Positions 24,491-37,875 of a DNA stretch of 64,000 nt are shown here, one piece after another (within the stretch, counting starts at the first letter, position 1; every line of letters starts with the position of its first letter). Below the pieces are notes generated by a model. It ran no database searches. It worked only from the letters and a program-made list of their open reading frames with translations, and was not told where the DNA came from. Source of the stretch: Chrysomallon squamiferum (taxonomy: Eukaryota > Animalia > Mollusca); NCBI GenBank assembly GCA_012295275.1, contig CM022673.1, forward strand, positions 25,420,001 through 25,484,000, written 5' to 3'. Position numbers and translations under genes: made by a program.

Positions 24491-25646
24491 AACAAATTGT
24501 ATTATTATTATTATAATTGTTTTTTTTTAAATTTAATATTTTATTATTTCTGAACTTACTAACATAAAATAAGTATATTGGTTTTTGTCACCGAGTTAGT
24601 TGTTTTTTTGTGGGTTTTTTTCTAATACTCACATTCCACATTAAATCTAAGAAATTAAGCATTTTAATTTTATTTTTTATTTTTATTTTACCCTTTTGTA
24701 TATGAAAACAAACAATTAATATTAATATTTATTTTCATTATACCTGTTATATTTTATTTTTTCACCAGTTGAAAAAAGTGAAAGATCATGGCTGTAAAGG
24801 CTGTAAAGATCATGGCTGTAAAGAAGACAATTAACAAAACTACATACTAATAACTCTTGATGGTAATTTTATTATCTTTTATGTTTTCCCAGTTAAACTA
24901 TCTCTCTCTCAACACACAAACACACACACACACAAATGTGTGATTATTATGTCATGTTTGACTGAGATTTTGTTTGATCTATTATTAATTTTTATTTTCT
25001 TCAACAGCTGAAAGCATTAACTGAATAATTGCCTGAAAGGAGGCAAACCCCAAAAGAACTCTTTCAGTTTGAAAGAAAGTTTCAGTTTACATTTCAACCT
25101 CAGATTGGTGAAAATTAGGTAATGATTATAATTTTAATCATCGCTATGTTGTAGTTATGGAAAATAAAACAGTTTGAGTTGTATTTTACTGAGAGACTAA
25201 AAACAAAACCAGTAAAAGGTTAGTCATGATTATTCTTGAAGTAATAATATCTCTTAATTAACTGAAGTTGAAACTTAGTGATGTCATTATATGTGCAATA
25301 AATAGATGAAAGTTGTTTACATACTGGGAAATTAATGCATTGGCTGATTAATCACTGTACATCAGTGAGTGTGATAAATAGCCAAAGTTTTCTTGTGACA
25401 CATATTCATGTACATCAGTGATTCTCAAACTTTATGAAGCCAGGGCACACTTGAAGCCTTACAAAAAATTACGGGCACATTACACACAAAATGCTAAGAA
25501 ATATAATGCAAAAATGTAAAAAAATACAGAAATAACTCACAGGCTGCTGAGGTTGTCAATCCTCATTGACTACATCTATGTCAGATTCTTCATCATTCTG
25601 CGCATAAACGGTTCTTGTCTGGAATCTGTACCGTTTGTTTTGCTTC

Positions 25647-25972
25647 TGTGAGATATGTTCACTGATATATTTAGAGATACCACCCTTGGGTGAAAGGTGT
25701 TCACATATATATTTAGAGTTACCGCCCTTGTGTGAGATGTATTCACTGATATATTTAGAGTTATGACCCTTGTGTGAGAAATATTCACCGATATATTTAG
25801 AGTTACCGCCCTTGAGTGAGAGGTGTTCACCGATATATTTAGAGTTACCGCCCTTGCGTGAGAAGTGTTCACAAATATGTTTAGAGTTACTGCCCTTGAG
25901 TGAGAGGTATTCATCAATATATTTAGAGTTACCGCCCTTGTGTGAGAGGTGTTCACTGATATATTTAGAGTT
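25647..25972. repeat. 42-bp minisatellite, ~8 copies
   Basis: Unit gttcactgatatatttagagttaccgcccttgtgtgagaggt. Explains the repetitive ORFs 25576-25956(-) and 25770-26162(+). Confidence 0.95.
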
Positions 25973-26045
25973 TTATATGGGTAGTGACTATGACAGTGAT
26001 ATGAATATGTGTCACAAGAAAACTTTATATTTTAGAGTTACCGCC

Positions 26046-26440
26046 CTGTCACTCACACTGTCACTGGTAAACTACTGTGCAGGTGTTCACCAATATATTT
26101 ATACTGTCACTGGTAAACTACTGTGCAGCCTGTTCACCCTATATTTATACTGTCACTTATGAAACTACTGTGCAGGCCTGTACACCCTATATTTACACTG
26201 TCACTGGTAAACTACTGTGCAGCCTGTTCACCCGATATATTTAGAGTCACACTGTCCTTGGTAAGTGACTGTGCAGTATGCACACGATATATTCACACTG
26301 TCACTGGAAACTGACTGTGCAGCCTGTGGAATATATGTCACAACAAAACTTAAACTATTGTGCAGCCTGTACACCCTATCACTCACACTGTCACTGGTAA
26401 ACAACTGTGCAGCCTGCACACCTTATCACTCACACTGTCA
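26046..26440. repeat. Second minisatellite (~45-bp unit), ~7-8 degenerate copies
   Basis: Recurring cactgtcactggtaaactactgtgcagcctg(t)acaccctatattta. Confidence 0.9.
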
Positions 26441-29400
26441 CAAAACTTGTTGCAAACAAGAGAACCCTTTGAGAACCATCACACTGTCACATAATACATC
26501 TTTTAACAAAACAAAATTACCATCAGCCAAAATCGTTTAAAATAAGAGAAATAAAATAAACCATTATGTTAACAGTTTGTTCTTTAAACAAAAATTTATA
26601 TTGATAACAAATAAATTTAATAAACATTTCTGTTTGGGTTTATGTGTTTTTCAGAATGTTTTGAAATAGCTGAGCAGGGTACTTGATGACTTGATGGGAC
26701 TTTCTCACCTTAAAGTGAGACAGTGAGTCACTGGTTGATGGACATAGACAAGTGATGTTGGTAAAGACAGAGGATGATCTTGAAAACTAGTTGTGGTGTT
26801 TTAAAATATCTGTGACATAACATTTAGTCAGGATAAATACAGTATTGTCATTGTATTTAATGTTTTCATCAGGCACCAGTTAACATTAAAATGGTTCAAG
26901 TCATATAAACATGTTGAGCTTAGAACTTGAGAATAACTGATCTGTTATGTTTTTGTCAACAAGAAGACTTGTAAAGTTTAGAAACAGGCAGTGACTACAT
27001 TCAAAAGTGCTTATAAGAGCTGTGGATTCTGTTATTTTATTATTTTTTAAATTATTTTTTCATTTATTATTATTATTATTATTATTTAAATTATTATTTA
27101 TTATTATTATTATTATTAATGTCATTATTATTGATTTTATATTATTATTATATTATTGTATTATATTATTTCTATGATCTTTGTATCATAACAAGCAGAT
27201 TAGGATTCATTAAAAGCTAAATTGTGTGTATTTGTGTGTGTGTGTGTTTTAGTTATATATATTCTACCTCTAGATTGTTTTCAACTTCTAAAGTATTCTA
27301 CTTGATATATATATATAAATCATTCTTAAATGTTTTTAATAATTACTAGCATTTTAATTTTTATTCGAAACCACCAACTTAAAAATATATGGTTCTTGTG
27401 GATTTCTCTTTTCTTTCTTTCTTTATTTTTCTTTATTTCCTTTTTTTCTTTTTCTTTATTTCCTTTTTTTCTCTTTCTTTTTCTTTATTTCCTTTTATTT
27501 CTTTTTCTTTATTTCCTTTTTTTTGCTGTATTTTCAGGATACATCAATCTTCATAAGATGGATAAAACAGAAATTGTTGGCGATGACACACACAGTGGCA
27601 TTTTTTGACAAGTTTCACTAATATTTTAAGCCCGCCAACACTTTCTTGTTTACTTACTTTTATACTTAGTTTTCTGTATGGCCTTTCTACATTCATTAAT
27701 AATATTTATTCACTGATAATTCATAATAACCATCATTAAAATCTTTTTTAAATTTCATTCTTGTTTGTTGTTGTATTTGCTTGGTTTGATAGCTTTGGTG
27801 TGCAACATAATTAGCTTACTATGACCAAACTAATGGAGAAATCTTTTACTTAAATAAACACCACTGTAGGTTATTTTTTATAAAGTAAAACATTATTTAT
27901 GTGATTCCTAAAATCACCTGGCTGCCTAATGACATTATATAGAAGAGAGGTTGATGCCTTTTTAAAAAAAATAGTCTCAGTATGCAGAAGTAACATACTT
28001 GTTATTAAGATGTGGAAAATCAAAGTGGAATTTGCTTCACAGGCAAATTTAACATTAATATTTACAGTTTAGAAATAAGTGAAGAAACAGTGAAGATGCT
28101 GATGCTAAATTACTTTTATTTTAAAAGCTCCTGCAGGAATAAGTAATAAAAGTTATAATGAAATGCTTTAAATCAAGAGCCATAGAGAAAATGTATTTTT
28201 GATAGGAGTGGTGCATTCACTACAGGATTAAATTATTTCATAACAGAGAAAAAAAACACCCTGGTCTGAAAAAAAAGAATTTTTTTTTTTTTTTTTATAT
28301 GGTTATACAGATATTACAATAAAATGTGCAAAATTATATACAGTTGTTATCTGTATAAAATGGTGTACATTAAAATAGTAATTAAAAGTAAATATTATAA
28401 AATGTTTACACAGATAAAGATATGGTCATTATCATAAAATAAAATAAAGTGTGTGTGTGTGATTTAAACAATTATCTGTTCTGTAATTAAATGATGTGGA
28501 TTGGGTTTTTTCTAATAATGGAGCAGGGTGGTGGGATATTGAAGAAAAAGAAAAAACACTAATGTTGAAAACAGTGTTCTGAAAAAACAGTTACTCATGT
28601 CAAGTTTTAATCTAAGAGTTATATACCTTATATACAAATAACCAAAATCAGTTTTGCCCATAACTATTTTCTCTTTAGAGTTGCCTCCCTTAATCAGATT
28701 TAGAAATAAAATACTTGAATAATAAAACCCATTTAGCTGAATTGTAGATTATAAATATTTGATGCCAAGGTTTTGTGAGCACTGCCACTCTCAGATTGCA
28801 ACTGGTAAAGAATGTAAAAATTGCAATATCTGGACGCAATGGTTAGGATGTAAACATTCAGTGAGTGAAGGTTGTTTATATACTGGGAAATTATTACATA
28901 AATCACTGTGTGTTATATAGCTTTTAACAAAACAAACTACAAAATAATAATGAAAATAATAAAATAAGATAACCTTATTTCATACTAATTAAATATCAGA
29001 GCAACCATTCATATGTACAGTATCCTATTTCTGTTAAAATTATCTTTTGTATATTAACTAAATTCAACATGAAATAACACTGCTTAATAATTTAGTTAAA
29101 AAAATATTGTATTCTGAATGCCAATGGACTTTAATGAAACATTTTTCCCCCTACCATTGGTTTACATGACTGAAATAGCCATACAGAATATTTCTACTGT
29201 TATATTATTGTGTATAAACCATCATGTCTAGGATTGACAAAATGTAGACCACAAATTAAACACTTTGCAGACTGACAGAACATTGCTGGGTAAACCCAGA
29301 TTAAATATCTGTGTAATGAAGACTTGTTGATGGGTAAACTGTATCTGGTCACTGAACTGCAAAACCAAGATGTGAATTCCTTAAATATATTAACACCATC

Positions 29401-30489
29401 AGCCTCTTATGAAAATGGTTCGGTTATTAAAGCATATATAATGTAAATTTTGTCTCTTTTTTTTCGTACTGTGATTGTACTACTTGTGGTTCTACAGTTG
29501 TTTAACTGGATACAATTTACCTGACAGCTAGTTTTCATTGTGCCAGTATTCATGCATGTGTACATATATATATGTAATTTCCAATATATTTTATTTATTA
29601 GTGTCAGTCAATTGCAGTTGATATTAGTGTATGCCAGCACAGTAACACTGTTACAAAGGATTCTTTTTAATACATGGAATAAGATATCTGACATTTCTAA
29701 TTACAAATTATTAAACTCAGAAATCTTTATCTAACCTTCTGGCTTTCATGTTTGACTGTGTCATACACACACATATTAATATGAAAAATGCTGCTCAGCA
29801 AGTGATTTTAGTATTTCTGTTTTCATTACAGTTGGTGACAGAATTTGAGATCTAACCAGAATGTGGTGACAGTTTGATTATGAATTTTTAAATAGGTGTA
29901 ATATAGACAGCAAGAATTATTTGAGAAAAGAAAATATATATACATAGAAACACATACAGTCATACTCGTGTATCAGAGACAAAGCAGATTTTATACAATT
30001 GGAAAAATGATTAACCATTTTGACAGTTTGTTTAAAATTTTGATACATTTGTTTTAACTGAAGTTGTTTCACATATAAAAGTATCCAAAATGATGTTATT
30101 TTCATAATTATTTAATTAATTGTATCATCATTATTATTATTAATTAATTAATTATTTATTTTTTATTAATATTTTAAAAGAAAATCACATTTATTTATGA
30201 AATTTTACAGATATCTCTGCACCTGGGTGTAAATATTTCAGAGTAATGTTTTCTAATTTTCTATTTTTTTTTCTAATTTCTTTTCTTTATTATTATTATT
30301 TTTTCTATACATGTTCTTTCAAATCGATTTACAAGAGGTTATTCACCAATTCTCATCAATTTAAGAAGCAGTTATCAACATTTTTCCTAAATAAATGTAA
30401 TGATGTCCTTTTTTTTAATACAATCCTCAAAGGGACAAACCTACAAGACAGCGTCGGTTATAAATTAAATTTACAGAATTACTTAAATT

Positions 30490-31140
30490 TCTCCGTTCTT
30501 TAAAATTCATCCGCACGAGGCACTTCGCATTTCTCTGGAGATAGATTTCAAATTTAAAAATCACTGTTCAGCTCTTAGCAGAAAATATTTAATATTATTA
30601 TTATTACAGAATGATCCTGAGATCCATATTCCGCCGCCTGTAATGAATGGAATTTAATTTGTACCAGAGGTTTACGACGTACTCTTCGAGACTTTCACTC
30701 TCCTTATTCAATTACATCTGAATCACATTTTGAAATCCGTTTGGCACCAAACTTTGCAAATAGGAAGCTCCTCAGGTCTGCCTGTCAAGATCTTCAAGAT
30801 AGTTATAATATGTTTTCATGACAATTTTGTGAACCGCGGTGTAACCTGGTGTCGCCTGCTTTAATCACTGGCTCATCGTCGTGTTTTGCCATTACAATCT
30901 CCCAAAGCGATAGAGTGCTTCAAATTGGATGCTGATTCACGTACGATGTAGACCGCTGCCGGCCAGAGTGTAATAATGATCATTTCTAATTGATTCTTCA
31001 ATTTTTCATTAACTGGAATTAATAAAGAATTCGTCTGATTGCGGAGTGGAACAACTCCCTACAGTGTTGTTACTTGCAGCTGACTCGTATTAACTGTCGT
31101 TCGTGAGTCACAGCTTCAAATCGCCAGCACCGTCTCCGAT
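30490..31140 (-). mobile_element. Highly decayed coding-like island, possibly a Ty3/Gypsy gag relic
   Basis: GC- and CpG-richer than the flanks. Minus-strand fragments DLRSFLFAKFG and ESESLEEYVVNLWYKL resemble retrotransposon gag helices (xLKxxLxxxFG ... ESxxEYxxRL) but lie in different frames with stops. Confidence 0.3.
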
Positions 31141-31403
31141 AACAACAGAAATTCACAATTTTAGATAGACATTTTTTTTATATACATATATAGTCGTTGT
31201 TTTAAACAGGTACTATTAACATTCGTAATTTAAAAAATAGATTTTTTTTTTTTTTTTTTAAATATTCGTAACACAAAATATGATATTAACATCCATTATT
31301 ATAAATAGATAGCATTAGCATACATAATTTTAAATAGATTTTTTTAAACATTCGTAATTTTAAATAGACAGTATTAATATCCAAAATTTTGAATATATTA
31401 CGT

Positions 31404-32015
31404 AGTTTTATTTCTGATATTCAAACACTTCCTTTTACCAGTAATTCACTCACTGTTACAAAGTTTTATTTCTGATATTAAACCATTCCCTGTTACCAGT
31501 GATTCACTCACTGTTACATGGTTTTATTTCTGATATTAAACCATTCCCTGTTACCATTTATTCCCTCACTGTTACACAGTTTTATTTCAGATATTCAAAC
31601 ATTCCCTGTTACCAATAATTCACTCACTGTTACAAAGTTTTATTTCTGATACTAAATCATTCCCTGTTACCAATAATTCACTCACTGTTACATAGTTTTA
31701 TTTCTGATATTCAAACATTCCCTGTTACCAATAATTCTCTCATTGTTACATAGTTTTATTTCTGATATTAAATCATTCCGTTACCATATTAATTCACTCA
31801 CTGTTACATAGTTTTATTTCTGATATCAAACATTCCCTGTTATCAATAATTCTCTCATTGTTACATAGTTTTATTTCTGATATTAAATCATTCCCTGTTA
31901 CCAATAATTCACTCACTGTTACATAGTTTTATTTCTGATATCAAACATTCCCTGTTATCAATAATTCTCTCATTGTTACATAGTTTTATTTCTGACATTA
32001 AACCATTCCCTGTTA
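31404..32015. repeat. ~58-bp minisatellite, ~10.5 copies
   Basis: Unit agttttatttctgatattcaaacattccctgttaccaataattcactcactgttacat. Confidence 0.97.
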
Positions 32016-35000
32016 ATAATGGATAATAATAAGAAAAAAAAGAAAGAAAAAAAAATCCAATTCAGAACTTGGTTACGCTTTTCATTAACACAAGACTGCA
32101 ATCTTTGGAAGCAAAACATTGTGGAAGTTTGACACTGATTTAATCTAAATTGACCTGTTTATATGAAAATGCATTTAGCCAATGAAATGACAGTTATTCT
32201 GACAACATGCATGTTTATCAAGAGCACAAAAGTGTTGCCTTAATCTTTGCAATAACATTTCCTTGAATAGACGATAAAATGCAATTTCCTCTCTGTTCAT
32301 TTTTCACTACGAGTAATTATTTTCAATTGATTTTGCCAGCCCCATTAGCTGTTCTTGGTACCATGTCGCTACCCATTAAAAAGAAAATAATGGGCTTTGC
32401 ATGTTTCAGCATATGAACTTCTGACTGTAACAAACATACACTGTAAAGATTTTACCCTTCGTTCTAATTTTTAAGAAAATCTAAATATTTTTTTCTGGTT
32501 TGGTGCCACTCATTATATGTGTTCTATTCAGCTGCATCCTTATCGCAAAAAAAAAACAACAACAACAACAACAACATAAATATTTTTGTTAGATGCTTTT
32601 AGTTTTGGTCACTAATAATGAAATGACTATTTTTCAAAACAGCAACTTTGTTGTTATTTTTACTTTACAAAATTAACTGTTCTTTATTATTATTGTTGTT
32701 ATTATTTTGAAAGTGAATTCGGTGGTAGATTCTGGCTTTTAGAAGAGTGATACTGAGTACAGAAATATATTTTTAGCTTTCAAAATGGAAAAATCTGTTT
32801 TGTTTGTAATACCAATACATAATTTAATTTTTTATGTAAATGTCAAATATTTGACACCTTCAACTCTGTATCCAGTTACTATAAAACAAAATACATGATT
32901 CAGTTAACCAGATATTGTCTTTAAGTCATAGTTATCTCTGAAGGTAGCTAGGCAACAACAGATGTCAAAATGCAAAGGTAAATTTAGTTTTGAGAAAAAC
33001 AAAAACAAAATTTAAAAAAAGAAGACAAAACTGTAATATTTTCACAGCAAGTAAATATTTGTTATAAACATAATTCCCCAGGCAGGACAGTACACACCAC
33101 TGTTTTGGTATACTGACCCATACAAATCACCTGTTTGTTACAGTGTATGTTACCAGAGACTTTTTAATAAACGACCTGATAACTTTACCATATTCACAAT
33201 ATATTTAGAAAACACAAAAAAAACAAAAACAAAATACAACAAATTCTCCTCAACAGACATTCATAAATCTTCTTAATCATGCTCCTACCAAAATTCAGTT
33301 AAATAAAATATATGTTTTTTCACTGACAGAAAAATACTTTACACCAAATTTCACGTTGTGATAAAAACAGGTGATAAAGTCTGCCATTGCAGATTTTCAG
33401 CCCTTGGAGGTAATCCTCATCTGCAAACATACATTTGAGAATAGAAAGTTATGGCTGTTTGCAGGTGTTTTTTTTTTTTTTTTTTTTTTATTTATTTGAT
33501 AAACCTTTTTTTTTTTGTGTGTGTTTTTTTTTGTCAAAGGGTGACTTTTCTAAAGATCACTGCAGTTATTGGTCTTTTTAGAACTGAGTTTAAAATTAAT
33601 TCTCCAACAAAACTGGCTGATCGTTTGATGTATGAACTGCAATAAAATGAATTACAACTTAATCAGAAATATTAATAAACAGGTGATGGGGTGCACTCTG
33701 GAATTAATCTTTTGATGTGATTTCTAGAAAATGTGAGAAAAAAAAAAAAAAAAAAAAGAGTTCTGTTGTTTAGTGGGAGAATTAAAATCTGTATTTGTGT
33801 GAAAGATCAGTGCAACTCACCCCAACCTGCTAACCATTATTAAAAAAGTAAAAATGATTAATTATGAATTTAACATTTACATTAATTGTTTTCTCCTGTG
33901 TTTTTTTGTCTTACATGGTTAGGAATCGCAACTCATTGCATGTTAGTTATTTTTGCAATAAATTTATTCTGGAGTTTAATCAAGTTATTTGACTTTTGTA
34001 GATCAAACATCGCTTTTTTATTTTTCTTCTTTTTCAAATCTGTCTCTATTCACAGTTTTCACATTGTCTACTTTTAACAATTTCACCCAAAACCACCACA
34101 AAAACAGTTAATTAATTTGCACCATCTGGACAGCCTACTCATTTCTTGATTTTTAAACCCATAAATTCTTATTATAATCATTGATACCTTTTAAATGCTT
34201 GCTTATCAAGGCTGTTAATTATTTTATTTATCATTATCTCACACTAGAAATATTTACAATGTTTATGATTTTTCATGGACTCTTTACAAAATGTGTTGTT
34301 GTATTATAACTATTAATGTTTACAATAGCAACAAGTGAAACCTGTGGATGATGTATGAACAGAAAACAATCAGTAATCAAGTTGTAAGATCCTGTCACTG
34401 AAATCTGACAGATCTGAGAATCACTAACACAAAACAGCATAGTTTACAGTCTTATGTCATCATCATGCAAGAAATGTGTGACTGACAACTAACAACATTT
34501 AATATTAACCCTTTCCATCCTGATACATATACACACCAACAACCAACTCAAGCCTGGATCAAAGATGTCAGAATACACAACTTTGAAATTTCAGTTTGTA
34601 TTACTTTGAATAAATGGAAGGAAATCTCTGTTTTTTTTTTTTTGACAGCCAGGAATGGATGCTGCCTCAATACTTCAGGAGGGCAGTCGAGTTCTGAGGG
34701 TTAAAATGTTTTCAGTTATTTTTTTATTCATTTATTACAAGAGGCAAAGAAAAGTAAAAAAAAAAGAAAAAAAACAACAAAGAATGTGATTTGTATTTCC
34801 ATATTTATTTCTCTATCCATCTTGTAATGTACATCATTCAGTATGATTGTAACATGGCATAAAACACTAAGAGATAATTTTTCATCATGTATATATATAT
34901 ATATATATAATTATTAAATAATTTTTTAACAGCTCCTTTCACATACTTAGACACACAAGAACACTGATAACATCACGAAATGAAGAGCTGTAAGATGTTT

Positions 35001-35024
35001 ACAACCCAAAGCCAAGTTTAGAGA

Positions 35025-35210
35025 AATTACACTTCTTTATGTAACTCAAAACAACATTGTTACTCAAATTACAATTTGTGTAACTCAAAACAACATTGTT
35101 AGTCAAATTACACCTTGTTGTGTAACTGAAAACAGCGTTGTTACTCAAATTACAACTTGTGTAACTCAAAACAACAGTCAGAAGAATTACATCTCATGTA
35201 ACTCAAAACA
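35025..35210. repeat. ~39-41-bp tandem repeat, ~4.5 copies
   Basis: Recurring aattaca...tgtaactcaaaacaacattgttactca. Confidence 0.9.
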
Positions 35211-36382
35211 AAGGCAGTTGAAAAGTGCATAATTATGTTATAAGCAATTAAATAATTTCTCCCAAATTATAAAAATAAAAAATAACAAATATTTTCTGAA
35301 CAAACAAAACAAAAACTTAATACTGAAATGATTTTTAAAAGTACTTTTTGATGACATGAACAAATAGCATTAACAGATTTTTTGTATAATTTCAAGTGAC
35401 TGAATCTTTGTTAATAATAAAGAATGAAACTAATAAAACAAGTTCGGTATGACGTACAAAGTTTGAAATTTTCATCGTTATTGTCAAACAGAAACATGAA
35501 TTTGCAATAAAGGGGAAAATGTCAGGCTTCATTCTTCATTTTGTAGTTATTTATTGCATACTTTATTATTAACAAAGTATTTTAATCATGAACATGTATT
35601 AAGAAATCAATCACTCGGAAGTATATATTTAGTATCTGTACATACCACCAAAGGTGTGCTTAAATATTTTAATAATGATCTATAACTATTAGTCTCCAAA
35701 ACAACTTTGTAATTTTAATAAGATATCAGTTATTTTTTTTGTATTCAAAAGATCAGTTTTTTTTAATGAGTTTTATACAACATTAAGAAATAATACTACA
35801 TGATGTGTACATTTCAGAATACATTTATGACAAACAGCTATTTACTTATCAGTTGAAGAGGAATTTGTTATTTATTATTATTATTTATTATTATTATTTT
35901 ATTTTACTTTTATTATTATTATTTTTTTTATTTTTGATATCATTTTTATATCAGGTCTTTCTAATTATAATATTTATAGCTATTATAAAAACAATATGCC
36001 ATGAAATATTTAGAAAATCAAACTAAAAAAAAAATAAACCTATAAAAAAAAATTTATAATGGTATTTTACCGCTGGTACATAATACTAATGCTTCATAAT
36101 GACCAAGACAGTCTGCATATTAAATAACAAAATAGAAATTTACATTTATTCAAATAAATAATTACCACAGAACACACACTACATAAATAAATCAAACTTA
36201 AATAAACACACAAAACTAAATAAATAAGTTACTAAATCAATTAATTTAAAATCTGATTTGAAACATTTATTAAAACCTATAACAGATATTGAAGTAAATT
36301 TGAAAAAAATCTGACTAGATATAACGAGTACGATTTAACACAGAGAAAAGTTCAGTTTGTTGTTTTTTTATTTGGTACTGAC

Positions 36383-36562
36383 TAGCAATCGCCAAAGCAT
36401 TTGGTCTCAGGAGCCCTTTATACTTGTTAAAGGTTTAGGGCCCCAAAGGACCTTTTGTTACAAGTTACATTTATTAAATTATAGTGACAAAGACCAAAGC
36501 TTCTTAGTGTTAATGTGAAGATTTTGACAATGCAGACCTCTCTGAAAGGTTCTGTAGCCTGG
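36383..36562. mobile_element. Short hAT (Charlie-type) MITE relic
   Basis: tttggtctcaggagccctttatacttgttaaa...gggccccaaagg and ttttgacaatgcagacctctctgaaaggttct resemble, from my recall of the consensus, the two termini of Charlie1-family hAT elements. Not verified by search. Confidence 0.5.
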
Positions 36563-37875
36563 CTATTAATAATTTCAGATACACACAGAGGTCTTCAGAA
36601 TATTCATCAGTTAAAATGCCCATAGAAGACTATACTTAAAAAGTGTTTAAAATTGAGATGTTTAATTCATAAACTGAATATCTAAGTGAGAATTTACTTA
36701 ACAGTCTGCTTTAAAAACATACTTTAAAAACAGTTATTAATATTAACATTTCTTTTCTTTAAATGTGTCTGTGTGTGTGAGTGTGAGTGTGTGTGTGTAT
36801 ATGTGTGTATACACACATTACATACATACATTCATACATACATATACATTATTGGTCAATGAAAAATGAAAGATATTTCGTGTTTCGAAAATTCAAAATT
36901 TGAAAAGTATAGTGTTCTGATAATAGAATATTGTATCCTGATGTTTAATTGTTACAAAATGTTTGAGTTTGAGCAAGAAAAGATATTGCACTGAGTTCAG
37001 CTGTCTGCTGAGGGAATCTAATACTGCAAAGTTTCACAAAAAATAAATTTACGTATACATTACGGAAAGAATTAATTTTGTTTTTCGCTTAAACCCTAAC
37101 AAATAAAAAATACCTGGTAATTATTATTATTTTTTTCCTTCAAAATATTAACACGTTTAAAAAAAAAACCTTTTGGATATTTGTTTTTCAAACACTAAAT
37201 AAATTGAACATGTAAATCAATCTGTTAACTTTTTTAATTGTGCGTGTGTGCTTTACTTTTAAATTTATTTTACTTTTAAATTTATACCAAGTAGAACAGT
37301 ATCTCTGATTCATTTATGTTAAATATATTAAACCCAGTTTTAAATATGTTAAGTACGTAAAACAAATATGGACATCATTTCAAATATAAGAAAGTTATCT
37401 TATCTTTTAAATTACAATATTTGTACTATCTTCAACATTTTGGTAAAATTTTCATACAAGCATTTTAGCCATTTTGGTAATATAATATAGAATACAATAT
37501 ATCTATAATATCTTACAATACTTTTAAATATTATTATTATTTCAGTATATATATACAAACCATGTTACCTGTCTGTTTAGCAATATTTAAATTGATTCTT
37601 GTTATGTTTTTATAAATAGTTCGACCATAATTCATTGCACACATGTAAAATTATGCATTTCATAAAATTCTAATATTACTGACAACACTGTTTAATACTA
37701 TAACATATATCTTAATATCCTATATACATATACGATGTGATAACTTTTAAATATTCATATCTTAAACAATTCATGTACATGATCTGTGACATCACAAATA
37801 CAGTCTGAAGAATTATTTAAATAAATACACACAAACCGAATAAATTCCATGAATATTTTTACTTTTATTCATTAT

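Larger units (their letters stand above)
25416..26486. mobile_element. Probable hAT-type non-autonomous element hosting two minisatellites
   Basis: Left end CAGTGATTCTCAAAC followed by ggcacacttgaag...gggcaca. Right end tttgagaacca(tca)cactg is an imperfect inverse. No 8-bp TSD found. Confidence 0.45.

Noticed and set aside
25576-26540. Repeat-protein ORFs (126 aa, 130 aa and others)
   Set aside because: Products of the 42-bp (multiple of 3) and neighbouring minisatellites on both strands.
34505-34704. piggyBac-like MITE (TTAA CCCT...AGGG TTAA)
   Set aside because: Inverted complementarity stops after 4 bp inside TTAA, too weak to call.
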